Sequence record: MG655267.1
DNA: 64,000 bases
Direction: 5' to 3' (one strand)
The first letter of the stretch is position 1, and the number at the start of each line of letters is the position of its first letter. The notes below the pieces were generated by a model. That model ran no database searches and was not told the origin of the DNA. It saw only the letters and a program-made list of their open reading frames with translations. Of the stretch, positions 55,565 to 64,000 are shown in pieces. A program made the position numbers and the translations under genes.

Positions 55565-56731
55565 ATGTTACCATTAGTTACGGGGGCGATTACACTGGCC
55601 AGTTCGCTTGCGCTTGTCGCCGAACGTATTCTGGCAGCCAAGAAAGCTGCTGGTGAAGTCGCTGGTACTGTTGACAATACGTTGGCCACGTTAGGCCAGA
55701 TGGGCACACGTGATTTGGTAACCTTTACCAAGGTGACCCGCATGGAACCTCTGGTGTTGTTAGATGATCGTTTGAAGTTTGATCCTTCGACCCCGGAGAT
55801 CCTGCAAGTACTGACCAGTTTGATTGCCGGCTACTATACCCAGGCGTTTGCCCTGCTGGGCCAGGTCGACGGTATTGACGTCATCGGCACCCTGGATAAG
55901 CTGAACCCGTCACGTACTGGTATTGGCCTGAACAACTTTGAAGGTGATCTTGAGAAAGACGGCCTCCATAAATTTAGTAACCAGTCAAATACCCCTCTCT
56001 ATAGTATCGGGCTGGAAGCACTGACTGAAGTGCAGAGCGCCGAGAACAAGCCGGTTAAAATCCAGACCGATAAAAATGTCGTGGCTGATATTTCGGCACC
56101 GACTAACCTGGCGCTGGGTAAGATGATCAAGGTGACCTTGTCAGCTAATGGCAACACCATTGAGATCCCAATCACCATCCGTGTGAAACCTGTCACTACC
56201 GGTAGCGATGCCGTTACGGCGATTCTGGCCATCGGTACCACGAAGAACACCGTGGCTGAGCGCTGGAACCGTTTCAAAGCTGGCGAGCTGACCTTCACTA
56301 ACCTGGCCACTGGTGATGACGTGATTCGTCAACACAAGAAGATCCTGGTGCAGGATACCTCGGGCTTCTATGCCGAGATCACCCGTCGTGCCCGTGGTAA
56401 TGCGAAGAAAGGTGCCCTGTCCGGTAACCTGTCGCTGGCTACGGATTCTAACGTGGTAATGATCTCTTCAGCCACGGCGCTGGATGTGGGTCGCGAGCTC
56501 GGTGGTGAACTGTCCAACTTCCGTATCCGTGAAGCGATGTTCGCCAAGGTGTACTCTAACATGCTGATCATCGTGGATGACCTGCGTGGCATGGTCTCCT
56601 TCTACTACCGCGGTGAGTCATTACCAAACGTGCTGTCGCTGCAGGATATCAAACTGTATAACAAAGGCAGCGGTCCAGACATCATGTCGATCTTCAGTGC
56701 GTTTGCTGAAAACAAAATCCCTTCCCTTTAA
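55565..56731 (+). CDS. Abundant inner-head/inner-body protein (phiKZ gp89-like)
   Basis: 388 aa. TRMEPLVLLD, IAGYYTQA, LDKLNP, NLALGK motifs and an IGLEA cleavage site. Confidence 0.75.
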   Translation: MLPLVTGAITLASSLALVAERILAAKKAAGEVAGTVDNTLATLGQMGTRDLVTFTKVTRMEPLVLLDDRLKFDPSTPEILQVLTSLIAGYYTQAFALLGQVDGIDVIGTLDKLNPSRTGIGLNNFEGDLEKDGLHKFSNQSNTPLYSIGLEALTEVQSAENKPVKIQTDKNVVADISAPTNLALGKMIKVTLSANGNTIEIPITIRVKPVTTGSDAVTAILAIGTTKNTVAERWNRFKAGELTFTNLATGDDVIRQHKKILVQDTSGFYAEITRRARGNAKKGALSGNLSLATDSNVVMISSATALDVGRELGGELSNFRIREAMFAKVYSNMLIIVDDLRGMVSFYYRGESLPNVLSLQDIKLYNKGSGPDIMSIFSAFAENKIPSL

Positions 56732-56743
56732 GGATCTCGTTCG

Positions 56744-57637
56744 ATGAACATTTTTAACTACGTCAAAGGCCTGATTGGTACGGTTGACAAACGCGATGTC
56801 CTAAGCGAGATCGATGCCCTGCGTGATGAGCTCACCCGGTTCACCATTAACAACTATGCGAAAGCCATGGATGTTAATGTCAACACCGACGGCAGTAATT
56901 ACTACGTAAAACAGATCAGCCGTGAATTCGCGAAAGTGAAACAGGTTGAAGGTTTACGTGGTCAGAACCTGATCGCTCAAACGTACATCTCCTTAAAGCA
57001 GCTGACCCTGACCCTGGAGTGGATGCGCAAACAGGTTGAGCGTGAGTACGGTGGTCGTATTGCCCGCGAAGCCGTTGACTTTAAACAAGCCAACTTCCTG
57101 CGCTATATCGACTCGATCGACTTCTACCTGCGTTACGCTCGCTCCATGCTGCTCGTGGTGACGTCCCTGAATGCTAACCCATCAGCGGATATCACCAAAG
57201 GCTTCACGGTGCATGAGATCCGTTTCCTGACCGATACTGCTGTGCACTTCATCTACCTGACCTCGCTGTTCTCACAGCCGGTGAGCGTGACTGAGAAAGT
57301 GTTCGATGCGGTACCGTCGGTTGTGGTCTCCGATGCGGATCAGCAAGCGATCGAAGCAGTACTGGGTAACAAGACCGATGTGGCGAGGTCTAACTTCATC
57401 CCACTGGGTTACAACCCGTTCTTCCTGATTGGTCGTCTGCGTGCTGAACGTCGTGTGAAACGCCTGCGGGCAGCTGAAGCGGCAGCCATTGCCACTGAGC
57501 TGACCTTGAGCAAGCTCATGGACAAACAAGCAGGCGGGTCAGAAGACCCCACCATTCAGAAACAAATTGATCATTATCAGAATCAGTTGAACCGACTGAA
57601 CTTTGAGATCGATCAGATCAAATCCGAAGTCGAGTAA
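56744..57637 (+). CDS. Inner-head/inner-body protein (phiKZ gp90-like)
   Basis: 297 aa, with NPFFLIG and a C-terminal coiled coil (QIDHYQNQLNRLNFEI). Confidence 0.75.
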   Translation: MNIFNYVKGLIGTVDKRDVLSEIDALRDELTRFTINNYAKAMDVNVNTDGSNYYVKQISREFAKVKQVEGLRGQNLIAQTYISLKQLTLTLEWMRKQVEREYGGRIAREAVDFKQANFLRYIDSIDFYLRYARSMLLVVTSLNANPSADITKGFTVHEIRFLTDTAVHFIYLTSLFSQPVSVTEKVFDAVPSVVVSDADQQAIEAVLGNKTDVARSNFIPLGYNPFFLIGRLRAERRVKRLRAAEAAAIATELTLSKLMDKQAGGSEDPTIQKQIDHYQNQLNRLNFEIDQIKSEVE

Positions 57638-57647
57638 GGAGTCCGTC

Positions 57648-58187
57648 ATGGCAGATCGTGTTAGTACTGGTGCAGAGATTATCTACGGCACCGGCTTTAC
57701 CTCCCATGGCGGTCCAGGACAGCAAGGTGTAAAGATCAACGTCGACAACAACGTCATTGATCTTTACCAGCGTTTGGCAGGCAACATCACGCTCGCCGGT
57801 AACTTTAACTTCCGAAAAGAAGTGTGTGTTACTGCTGCACGACTGTTACTGCCATTGCCAAACTGGCTCCTGGCCACCCGTAGCAATTACCTGCACTCCA
57901 AACACGCGCTGTTGTTCGCCCGTGACCTGGGGTTGATTGCAATGGGTAAGAGTCCGGACATGAGTGTGATGACGCGCATGCGTCTGTTTTCACCCAGTTC
58001 TGTGAAGTCCAACCCGGGTGAGCTGAATGCGTCGAATTACGATGCACTCTCGTTGATCCCTAATAAGTTCATTGATGAGCTGCGTACCTATTCCAATGGT
58101 GCACAGCTGGCTAACCTGACCCGCGACGCACAGCATGTGAAAGACCTGGTCACGTCATTATATGTCATGTTTGGTTCTGTTGAATAA
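57648..58187 (+). CDS. Probable virion structural protein
   Basis: Start at 57648 (RBS aaggag), within the structural operon. Confidence 0.7.
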   Translation: MADRVSTGAEIIYGTGFTSHGGPGQQGVKINVDNNVIDLYQRLAGNITLAGNFNFRKEVCVTAARLLLPLPNWLLATRSNYLHSKHALLFARDLGLIAMGKSPDMSVMTRMRLFSPSSVKSNPGELNASNYDALSLIPNKFIDELRTYSNGAQLANLTRDAQHVKDLVTSLYVMFGSVE

Positions 58188-58224
58188 CAGGCCTCAAAAT
58201 CGGAATGTAGAGGATACGTAAAAA

Positions 58225-59814
58225 ATGAGTAAAGCATACCTCCATACCCTGCTGACTGCAGGTAATGAAGCGTTTGATGCAGCCGGCGAACCAGTGGGTG
58301 TGACTGTGGTTGATGCCCCGATCGAAGTGCCTGTTGTTGCAGACCCAGCAGTTGAGCCAGAAGCCCCAGCGGTAACTGATGCGCCAGTGGTTACGCAGGA
58401 CCCGGTTGAGCCTGATCCAGAACCAGCAGCGGTCGTCGTTGCCATCAACGAAGATGAGAAAGAGCTGGTCATTGCGTCTACTGAAGCGGCTGCGGCCGAA
58501 GTGGTTGTGATCGAATCTGATTGCGCGCTGGAAGAAGTCGAAGACCTGCTGGACGACCAGATCCAGGTTGTGGCGGAAACTGAAAACATCGTCGCCTCTA
58601 TGGAATCGTTCGTCGGTTCTGCGATGACCATGCAGGATGCGCAAGCCCTGCAGCAGTGGGTGCATAACGCCACCCGTGGTCAGTATGACCAAGCTAAAGT
58701 TGTCGGCTCTCTGGAAGCGTTCGGTAACGACGTCTCTACCGATGATGCGCTGAACGCTGGCCTGGAAGGGATCGGTGAGTTCCTGAAAGCTGCCCGTAAC
58801 AAAGCAGCTGATCTGCGTAAAGTCATGGTTGCGCGCTGGAACGCTTTCTTCAAAGATGTGTTCGTGGGCTTTGATAAAGTCGCACGTCGTGCTGATGCAC
58901 TGGGTAAACTGGCGAAAGGTACTTCAGGCGAATCCAACTCCTCTACTATTCAGCTGCCGCTGGATACTGCCTGGCGTCTGGTGAAAGATGGTAAGGTTTC
59001 TCAGAACCTGCCGAAAGATCTGGGTGACCTGGGTAAATTTGCCAAGGCCGTCTTTAAAGACAACCCGGAAGCGCTGCTGGTTCATCGTAAGAAACTGGTT
59101 GACATCGCTGTTCGTCTGTCTACTGCTGACTATGACGACGCGCTGAAGATCGGCAAAGAGCTGGTGAACTTCGAACTGCCAAGCGTTGGCGTGTGCAAAA
59201 CCAAAGTGGTCAACAACTCCAACACGGTTGATGTGTATCGCTCTGATGAGTTCCTGGGTGCGCTGTCTATTTTCTATTGCAAACCTGTTGACAAAATCAA
59301 TGCGCAGTTACCACTGCCGCGTCAGCTGTCGGACAAGTTCAACTCCATCATTGCGATCGATGTGAGCGTGTCTGAAACCGGTAAGAAAACACCGAAGCTG
59401 GATGTCTCTATTGATACCCTGCAGCCGGCTGAAATCGCCAAAGTGGCTGATGATGTTAACGCTATCCTGGGTGACATCCGTCAGTACCGCACCAACTACG
59501 GCGAGTGGTATGCGGCCAACAGCGATCTGGATCGTGTGATCGGTATCCTGGCGAACGTACCATGGTCTGGCGATGCTGGCACCACTACTGTCGACAGCAC
59601 CACTGATGCCGAGGGTAATACCTCAACCACCGTAAACATCATCGGTCTGAACCGCGACCTGGCGGATGTGATTGAAGGCATGCATGACATGTATAGCTAC
59701 CTGTCTGTAAGCCCGATCCGTGTCCTGTCTGCTGAACTGCTGCCAATCCTGAACCGTGCACTGGAAGTGGGTGAACGTTCTCTGGCAACCTACAGCGACA
59801 ACAACCTGGCGTAA
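58225..59814 (+). CDS. Inner-head paralog-family protein 1 (phiKZ gp93-family/SPN3US gp53-54 type)
   Basis: Acidic propeptide with AGNE, ASME, GSLE and AGLE sites. Confidence 0.75.
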   Translation: MSKAYLHTLLTAGNEAFDAAGEPVGVTVVDAPIEVPVVADPAVEPEAPAVTDAPVVTQDPVEPDPEPAAVVVAINEDEKELVIASTEAAAAEVVVIESDCALEEVEDLLDDQIQVVAETENIVASMESFVGSAMTMQDAQALQQWVHNATRGQYDQAKVVGSLEAFGNDVSTDDALNAGLEGIGEFLKAARNKAADLRKVMVARWNAFFKDVFVGFDKVARRADALGKLAKGTSGESNSSTIQLPLDTAWRLVKDGKVSQNLPKDLGDLGKFAKAVFKDNPEALLVHRKKLVDIAVRLSTADYDDALKIGKELVNFELPSVGVCKTKVVNNSNTVDVYRSDEFLGALSIFYCKPVDKINAQLPLPRQLSDKFNSIIAIDVSVSETGKKTPKLDVSIDTLQPAEIAKVADDVNAILGDIRQYRTNYGEWYAANSDLDRVIGILANVPWSGDAGTTTVDSTTDAEGNTSTTVNIIGLNRDLADVIEGMHDMYSYLSVSPIRVLSAELLPILNRALEVGERSLATYSDNNLA

Positions 59815-59832
59815 CCGTCATAAGGCAAAGAG

Positions 59833-61218
59833 ATGTCTTTACATCAAAAGCTCCTCTCTGCCGGGCTGGAGGCGTTTGACGCGCCTCCGGCTGCTCCGGT
59901 AGTAGCGGCAGTAGTACCTGCTCCATTTGATAACAACGCCCCGGTTAGCGAAGACCCGGAACTGCTTCGTGAAGAGACCGCTGCCCGTTTAGCGCTCGTG
60001 TCGATCATCGAAGCGGAGCGTGACGAAGAAGACTCGCGGTCTGCGGTTTATGAACTGCGTCGTCTGTCTGATGGTTTGGAAGGGTTGATGGTTGAGATTC
60101 AAAACGTCAACAACCCAGAAGAACCGACTGAAGACGAAATGGCGATGTTGAAAGCCACCGCCCAGCAAGTACGTAAAGAGCTGCTGGAAGATGGTGAGCA
60201 AGAACTCGTCATCAATGTCGAAAACGGCATTCTGGTTGGTTCACAGGAAGGTCTGGCTGATGCCCTCAGTAATGTGGCGAAGAAGATCGGTTTTGCATTA
60301 GGTAATGCAGCGAAAGGTTTACTGAGCAAAGGCGAGCAGGCGAAAGCGCCGTTGTCTTATAACCGTAAACTGGCAGCTGAACTGAAAGCGAAAATCGATA
60401 AGCTCGGCACGACTGAATTTGACTTTACCATGCCAGCTGATCTGGTCCGTCAGATTCGTGTGAGCGATACCGGTCCGGTTGATGCACTCAAAGCAGTAGC
60501 AGACTTCCCGGCAGCACTTGATGCCTGGTATCTGACCCCTGCTGATGCAGCAATGAACCTGTTTGAAAAACACGCCAACATCGTGCAGGCGATTGCCGGT
60601 AGCAAGACTCTCGAAGAGTTCAATACGAATTATGCGAAACTGAGCTCACTGGCGCCACCGCTGCCTGCAGGCGCTAAACGCCTTGATCCGATTAACACGC
60701 GGGATTATATCTTCGACGTTAATGAACATCACCCAAGTATGGGTCGTGTGGCTCGCTACTATTATGTTGCGCGTCCGGATGTGGGTAAAACGCCTGAAGA
60801 TAAAGCGCTGGATAATGTCATTGCTTTGGCGCAGTATTCGACCGGGATCTATCCGTTCGATAAGATCTCTAAACGTAAAGCAACTGATGAGCAGGTGAAG
60901 TTCAGTGCGGCTGAAGTCAAAGGCTTGCTGGATGACATGCTGAAAGCGTGTGACGTGGTTGATAAGTACCTTTCACGTCTTGCAGTCGCCAGCACAATGG
61001 ATAAGCGCTACAACGCTCTGGTTGATTTACTCAATAGCGACTTGCGTAAACAAGAGTGGTGTTCCACAGAAGTCAACCGCATGGCACGCGTTGCGTTGAT
61101 CTCAATGGATGCGTATTATTCATACGGGTTTGCTTATACCAGTCGTGCTTACGAACTGATGGACGTGATCGTCAAGTTGGTGAAGAAAGCCGTGTATAAA
61201 TCTGACCTCAGTAAGTAA
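59833..61218 (+). CDS. Inner-head paralog-family protein 2
   Basis: LLSAGLEAFD start, acidic propeptide, GSQEGL site. Confidence 0.75.
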   Translation: MSLHQKLLSAGLEAFDAPPAAPVVAAVVPAPFDNNAPVSEDPELLREETAARLALVSIIEAERDEEDSRSAVYELRRLSDGLEGLMVEIQNVNNPEEPTEDEMAMLKATAQQVRKELLEDGEQELVINVENGILVGSQEGLADALSNVAKKIGFALGNAAKGLLSKGEQAKAPLSYNRKLAAELKAKIDKLGTTEFDFTMPADLVRQIRVSDTGPVDALKAVADFPAALDAWYLTPADAAMNLFEKHANIVQAIAGSKTLEEFNTNYAKLSSLAPPLPAGAKRLDPINTRDYIFDVNEHHPSMGRVARYYYVARPDVGKTPEDKALDNVIALAQYSTGIYPFDKISKRKATDEQVKFSAAEVKGLLDDMLKACDVVDKYLSRLAVASTMDKRYNALVDLLNSDLRKQEWCSTEVNRMARVALISMDAYYSYGFAYTSRAYELMDVIVKLVKKAVYKSDLSK

Positions 61219-61229
61219 ACGGAGAAAAC

Positions 61230-62600
61230 ATGTCCGCGATTAATGACTTTCTATTTACTGCGGGCATGGAGGGGTTTAACGACCCCTCCTCTATACCGCC
61301 CGTTGGTATAGTTGTGCCCTTTTTTGGTGTTGAAGAGTTCGCTGAAGCGGATGCTGAACAATCTGTACGTATGACAGAGATGAACCAGCAAGCTGAAGCA
61401 ATTCAACGTCTGCAACAAACGCTGGTCTACATCAACGCTCACCGCCCAACCTTTGACCGTGAGAACGCCGCTGTCGTGCAGCAAGCGCTGGGTGAAGTAC
61501 AGGTACTGATGCCTGACATGGAAGACCCGGTCACCATCATGGGGTCGCTGGAGCATTATACCCCGGCTTACACCAACCACTTGCTTGCGCACGGTATTGA
61601 AGGCATTGGTGATAAGATCCTGAGCGTGGTCAAGAAGATCATCGAACTCTTGAAGAAAGGTTATGCCTTCTTGAGTAAAGCCATCCAGGCAAAGGGTGTG
61701 GTCTTCGGTAAACAGAAGCGCGAACTCGATGAGCTCAATGCATGGTTTAAAGATCAACGCAAAAGCAACGATAAACCCGCTACCACCACCGGTAATGAAC
61801 CTAAGGTTGTTACGGTCACTGCCCCGACCTATCTGTACACCGTCGACAGTAACAAACCGTTAGCGGCGGATCGCTTAGCAAGCGAAGTGGCGAAGTACAA
61901 CAAATTCCTGCAGGCCTTCTCGGTTGATTTCATCCGGGCGCATATTACCCTGGGTGATCTCTATATTCGCGCGCTGGGCACGCTGGATATTGCCAGTACC
62001 AGTAACGAAGAGTTGTTCACCAAGATGTTTAAGGGTCAGTTTAAATACCAGGCCTCGGGTGCAACGCTGTACACCAAACGCAATGGCGAAATGTGCGATA
62101 TCGAAACAGTCGGGTTGATTGGTGGGATTGGCTTTAAAGCCTCCATCGCGAATATCCTGGTCGCACCGCTTGAGATGACCGCAGACGGCTCTAACCAGCG
62201 TAAGTTCTTTAAGCAGATGAACGGGCTGTATAACTACAGTTTTGTCTCCAAAATAAAAATGGATGGCAGTACGGTGGGTAATACCCCAATCTATGCTTGC
62301 AGTCTCGCTGACGCTGAGCGGTTGGTGAATCAACTTGATATGCTGACCAACTGGATGATTAACAGTCAGCACGACGAAGAGATCCGTGACTTTAATAAAC
62401 GGGTGACTGAGTGTGTGGATAAGCTGGCTGATCGTGCTGGTCGTCTGGGTAATGACCGCAGTGATTTTATCACTACTGTGATCAATGCCTTGTCTGGTAT
62501 CTCCAGTGGTCTGGAAAATGTGTCTCGTGGCATGAATCAGCAAACGAACACATTGATCAACAACTTGCGTGAGTACGTTACCAAATCCACGAAAGCGTAA
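61230..62600 (+). CDS. Inner-head paralog-family protein 3
   Basis: FTAGMEGFN start, GSLE and HGIEGIG sites. Confidence 0.75.
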   Translation: MSAINDFLFTAGMEGFNDPSSIPPVGIVVPFFGVEEFAEADAEQSVRMTEMNQQAEAIQRLQQTLVYINAHRPTFDRENAAVVQQALGEVQVLMPDMEDPVTIMGSLEHYTPAYTNHLLAHGIEGIGDKILSVVKKIIELLKKGYAFLSKAIQAKGVVFGKQKRELDELNAWFKDQRKSNDKPATTTGNEPKVVTVTAPTYLYTVDSNKPLAADRLASEVAKYNKFLQAFSVDFIRAHITLGDLYIRALGTLDIASTSNEELFTKMFKGQFKYQASGATLYTKRNGEMCDIETVGLIGGIGFKASIANILVAPLEMTADGSNQRKFFKQMNGLYNYSFVSKIKMDGSTVGNTPIYACSLADAERLVNQLDMLTNWMINSQHDEEIRDFNKRVTECVDKLADRAGRLGNDRSDFITTVINALSGISSGLENVSRGMNQQTNTLINNLREYVTKSTKA

Positions 62601-62618
62601 ATTATTATATGTGTTAAT

Positions 62619-62648
62619 GGCCCTGCAGGAAACGCGGGGCCTTATCAC
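62619..62648 (+). terminator. Hairpin after head paralog 3
   Basis: ggccctgc-aggaaac-gcggggcc then ttatcac. Confidence 0.5.
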
Positions 62649-62693
62649 AATACGATCGTATTTAATTTCATGAAATTAAGGTAGAGACTCACT

Positions 62694-64000
62694 ATGTCTA
62701 TTCAAGCATTTTTAAACCTCGGCGCCGAGGCTTTCGAAGACGCACCGGTAGTTGAAGAAGCACCGGTTGTGGTTGTTGCACCAGTGCCAGAAGAAGTGAT
62801 CGAGCTGATTGCCGAGCGTGATGATTCGAACATCGCCCTGGCCATTGCTCAGGATGCGGCGGCAATGTCTGCTGCCGAGCGTCAGGTGGAAGAGTTTGCT
62901 TCCGCAATCGAGCGCGTTGAAAATGTCCAGGCATCAATGGAACACTTTATCGAAGCGGGCCTGTCACAGAAATCAGCAATGATGCTGCATCGCCAGATCA
63001 CAACTGTCATGGCATCTGTCGGCAAGGATGGCGCTGCCATCGGTGGCGGTCTGGAAAACTTCGACAACGAAGAAGCCAGCATTGCACTGCTGACCGCTGG
63101 TCTGGAAGCACTGGATGCCGAGAAAGCCGATCTGTCCTCCCGTGCCGGTGCATCCATTGCCGGTATCGCTGGTAACATTAAAAGCTTTCTGGGCAACATC
63201 AGTACTCAGGCCGGTCGTTATAAACTGCGTGCTGAAGCGATCGTTAAATCTGCTGACGGCGCTGAAGCCAAGTCCGGTACTGTTGAAGTAAAAGATAAAC
63301 ACCTGGTTGTAAAAGGTGGCAATCCATCAACTAACCTGAAAGGCGATCTGGGTAACTTCAGCAAGCTGGTTGGTGCGGCAATCGCTACCTTCATCGAAGG
63401 CGATATCGTTAAAGAAGGCAGCGCTCTGGCAAAAGCTGGCGAGACCATCATTAAAGCGACTACCGCTGATGTGGCAGTGAAAGCTGCAATGGGTGTGAAA
63501 CACAATCCATTCCCGGGCGCAACCATCGCAGTGCAGGACAAAGACACCTTCAGTATCAAACGTACTGAAGTGGTTCTCGGCGGCTATGCGGTATTCGATC
63601 TGCAATATAAAGCCACCGGCGGCGAAGGTGCTGAAGCAGCTGTTGCGCATCTGAATGCACTGAGCAAAAACCGCGTTACTCTTCGTCAGGCTCCAGTTGA
63701 AGCTGGTAGCGAGAAAGTATTCTCTGCCACTATGTCTCCGGCCGATGGCGCAGCACTGGCGAAAGATGTTATCGCAATGCTGGACAACATCACAGCGGTC
63801 AATAACCGTAGCCTGGGTGCGGTAAGTGGCGCACTGGCCCGTCTGGGTACCAGCGCTGTGTTGAAAGGCGCTGTGGCGAAAGACGCAGACAAAGACGTGA
63901 AGAAAATTGCTGGCGCCATGGGTAAAACCCTGGTTGGTTCTATCCAGGCTGTTAACAGTCTGCCACGCGATGCCCTGAGCGCTGCGCTGAAAGTGTCTGA
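62694..64000 (+). CDS. Inner-head paralog-family protein 4, 3'-truncated by the window edge
   Basis: Not in the ORF track because it has no stop. ATG 62694 gives MSIQAFLNLGAEAFEDAP..., ASME, GGLE and AGLEA sites. I checked the frame at both ends (...PRDALSAALKVS). Confidence 0.8.
   Translation, partial: MSIQAFLNLGAEAFEDAPVVEEAPVVVVAPVPEEVIELIAERDDSNIALAIAQDAAAMSAAERQVEEFASAIERVENVQASMEHFIEAGLSQKSAMMLHRQITTVMASVGKDGAAIGGGLENFDNEEASIALLTAGLEALDAEKADLSSRAGASIAGIAGNIKSFLGNISTQAGRYKLRAEAIVKSADGAEAKSGTVEVKDKHLVVKGGNPSTNLKGDLGNFSKLVGAAIATFIEGDIVKEGSALAKAGETIIKATTADVAVKAAMGVKHNPFPGATIAVQDKDTFSIKRTEVVLGGYAVFDLQYKATGGEGAEAAVAHLNALSKNRVTLRQAPVEAGSEKVFSATMSPADGAALAKDVIAMLDNITAVNNRSLGAVSGALARLGTSAVLKGAVAKDADKDVKKIAGAMGKTLVGSIQAVNSLPRDALSAALKVS

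Noticed and set aside
61875-62648. 257-aa minus-strand ORF, and similar long antisense ORFs (447-1130, 17888-18562, 49228-49788)
   Set aside because: They lie fully opposite well-supported genes and lack starts or RBS context and motifs. They are expected from codon bias.
1-64000. tRNA, rRNA, group I intron or alternative genetic code
   Set aside because: The intergenic gaps are short and I saw no cloverleaf or T-loop pattern. Core genes read through intact with code 11.

Overview
This window is a 64-kb segment of a phiKZ-like, nucleus-forming jumbo phage (Chimalliviridae). Gene order follows the phiKZ core as I recall it. It opens with the 3' end of the non-virion RNAP beta' subunit (NADFDGD motif), then a gp59-like gene and an SbcD-like nuclease. 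Next come ChmC, the gp68-like nvRNAP subunit, PicA (gp69-like), a gp70-like gene, two more nvRNAP subunits and an SF2 helicase. Later come a tail/baseplate chaperone pair, a virion RNAP beta' piece, the exonuclease half of the split B-family DNA polymerase, baseplate genes and the protease-processed inner-head paralog family. Accessory cassettes of small unknown genes interrupt this core at about 0.6-7.3, 23-31 and 36-45 kb. No tRNA, rRNA, CRISPR array or intron was recognised. The strongest leads are five. (1) A candidate programmed -1 frameshift (T TTT TTT at 31682-31689) joins a 539-aa tail/baseplate chaperone-like gene to a downstream ORF that has no good start codon. (2) About a dozen gene-end hairpins are followed by a strand-matched TTATGCCG motif instead of a U-tract. 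(3) A translationally coupled trio of HExxH paralogs includes one apparently dead member. (4) An accessory island holds a Tad2/DUF2829-like sponge, four tandem paralogs and two degenerate GIY-YIG/NUMOD1-like paralogs. (5) The protein encoded next to PicA carries a prion-like Q/M/P/Y domain. Homology calls come from motif recognition and recalled synteny; no database search was run. A resemblance to enterobacterial (Erwinia RAY/Ea35-70-type) chimalliviruses is only a weak inference.
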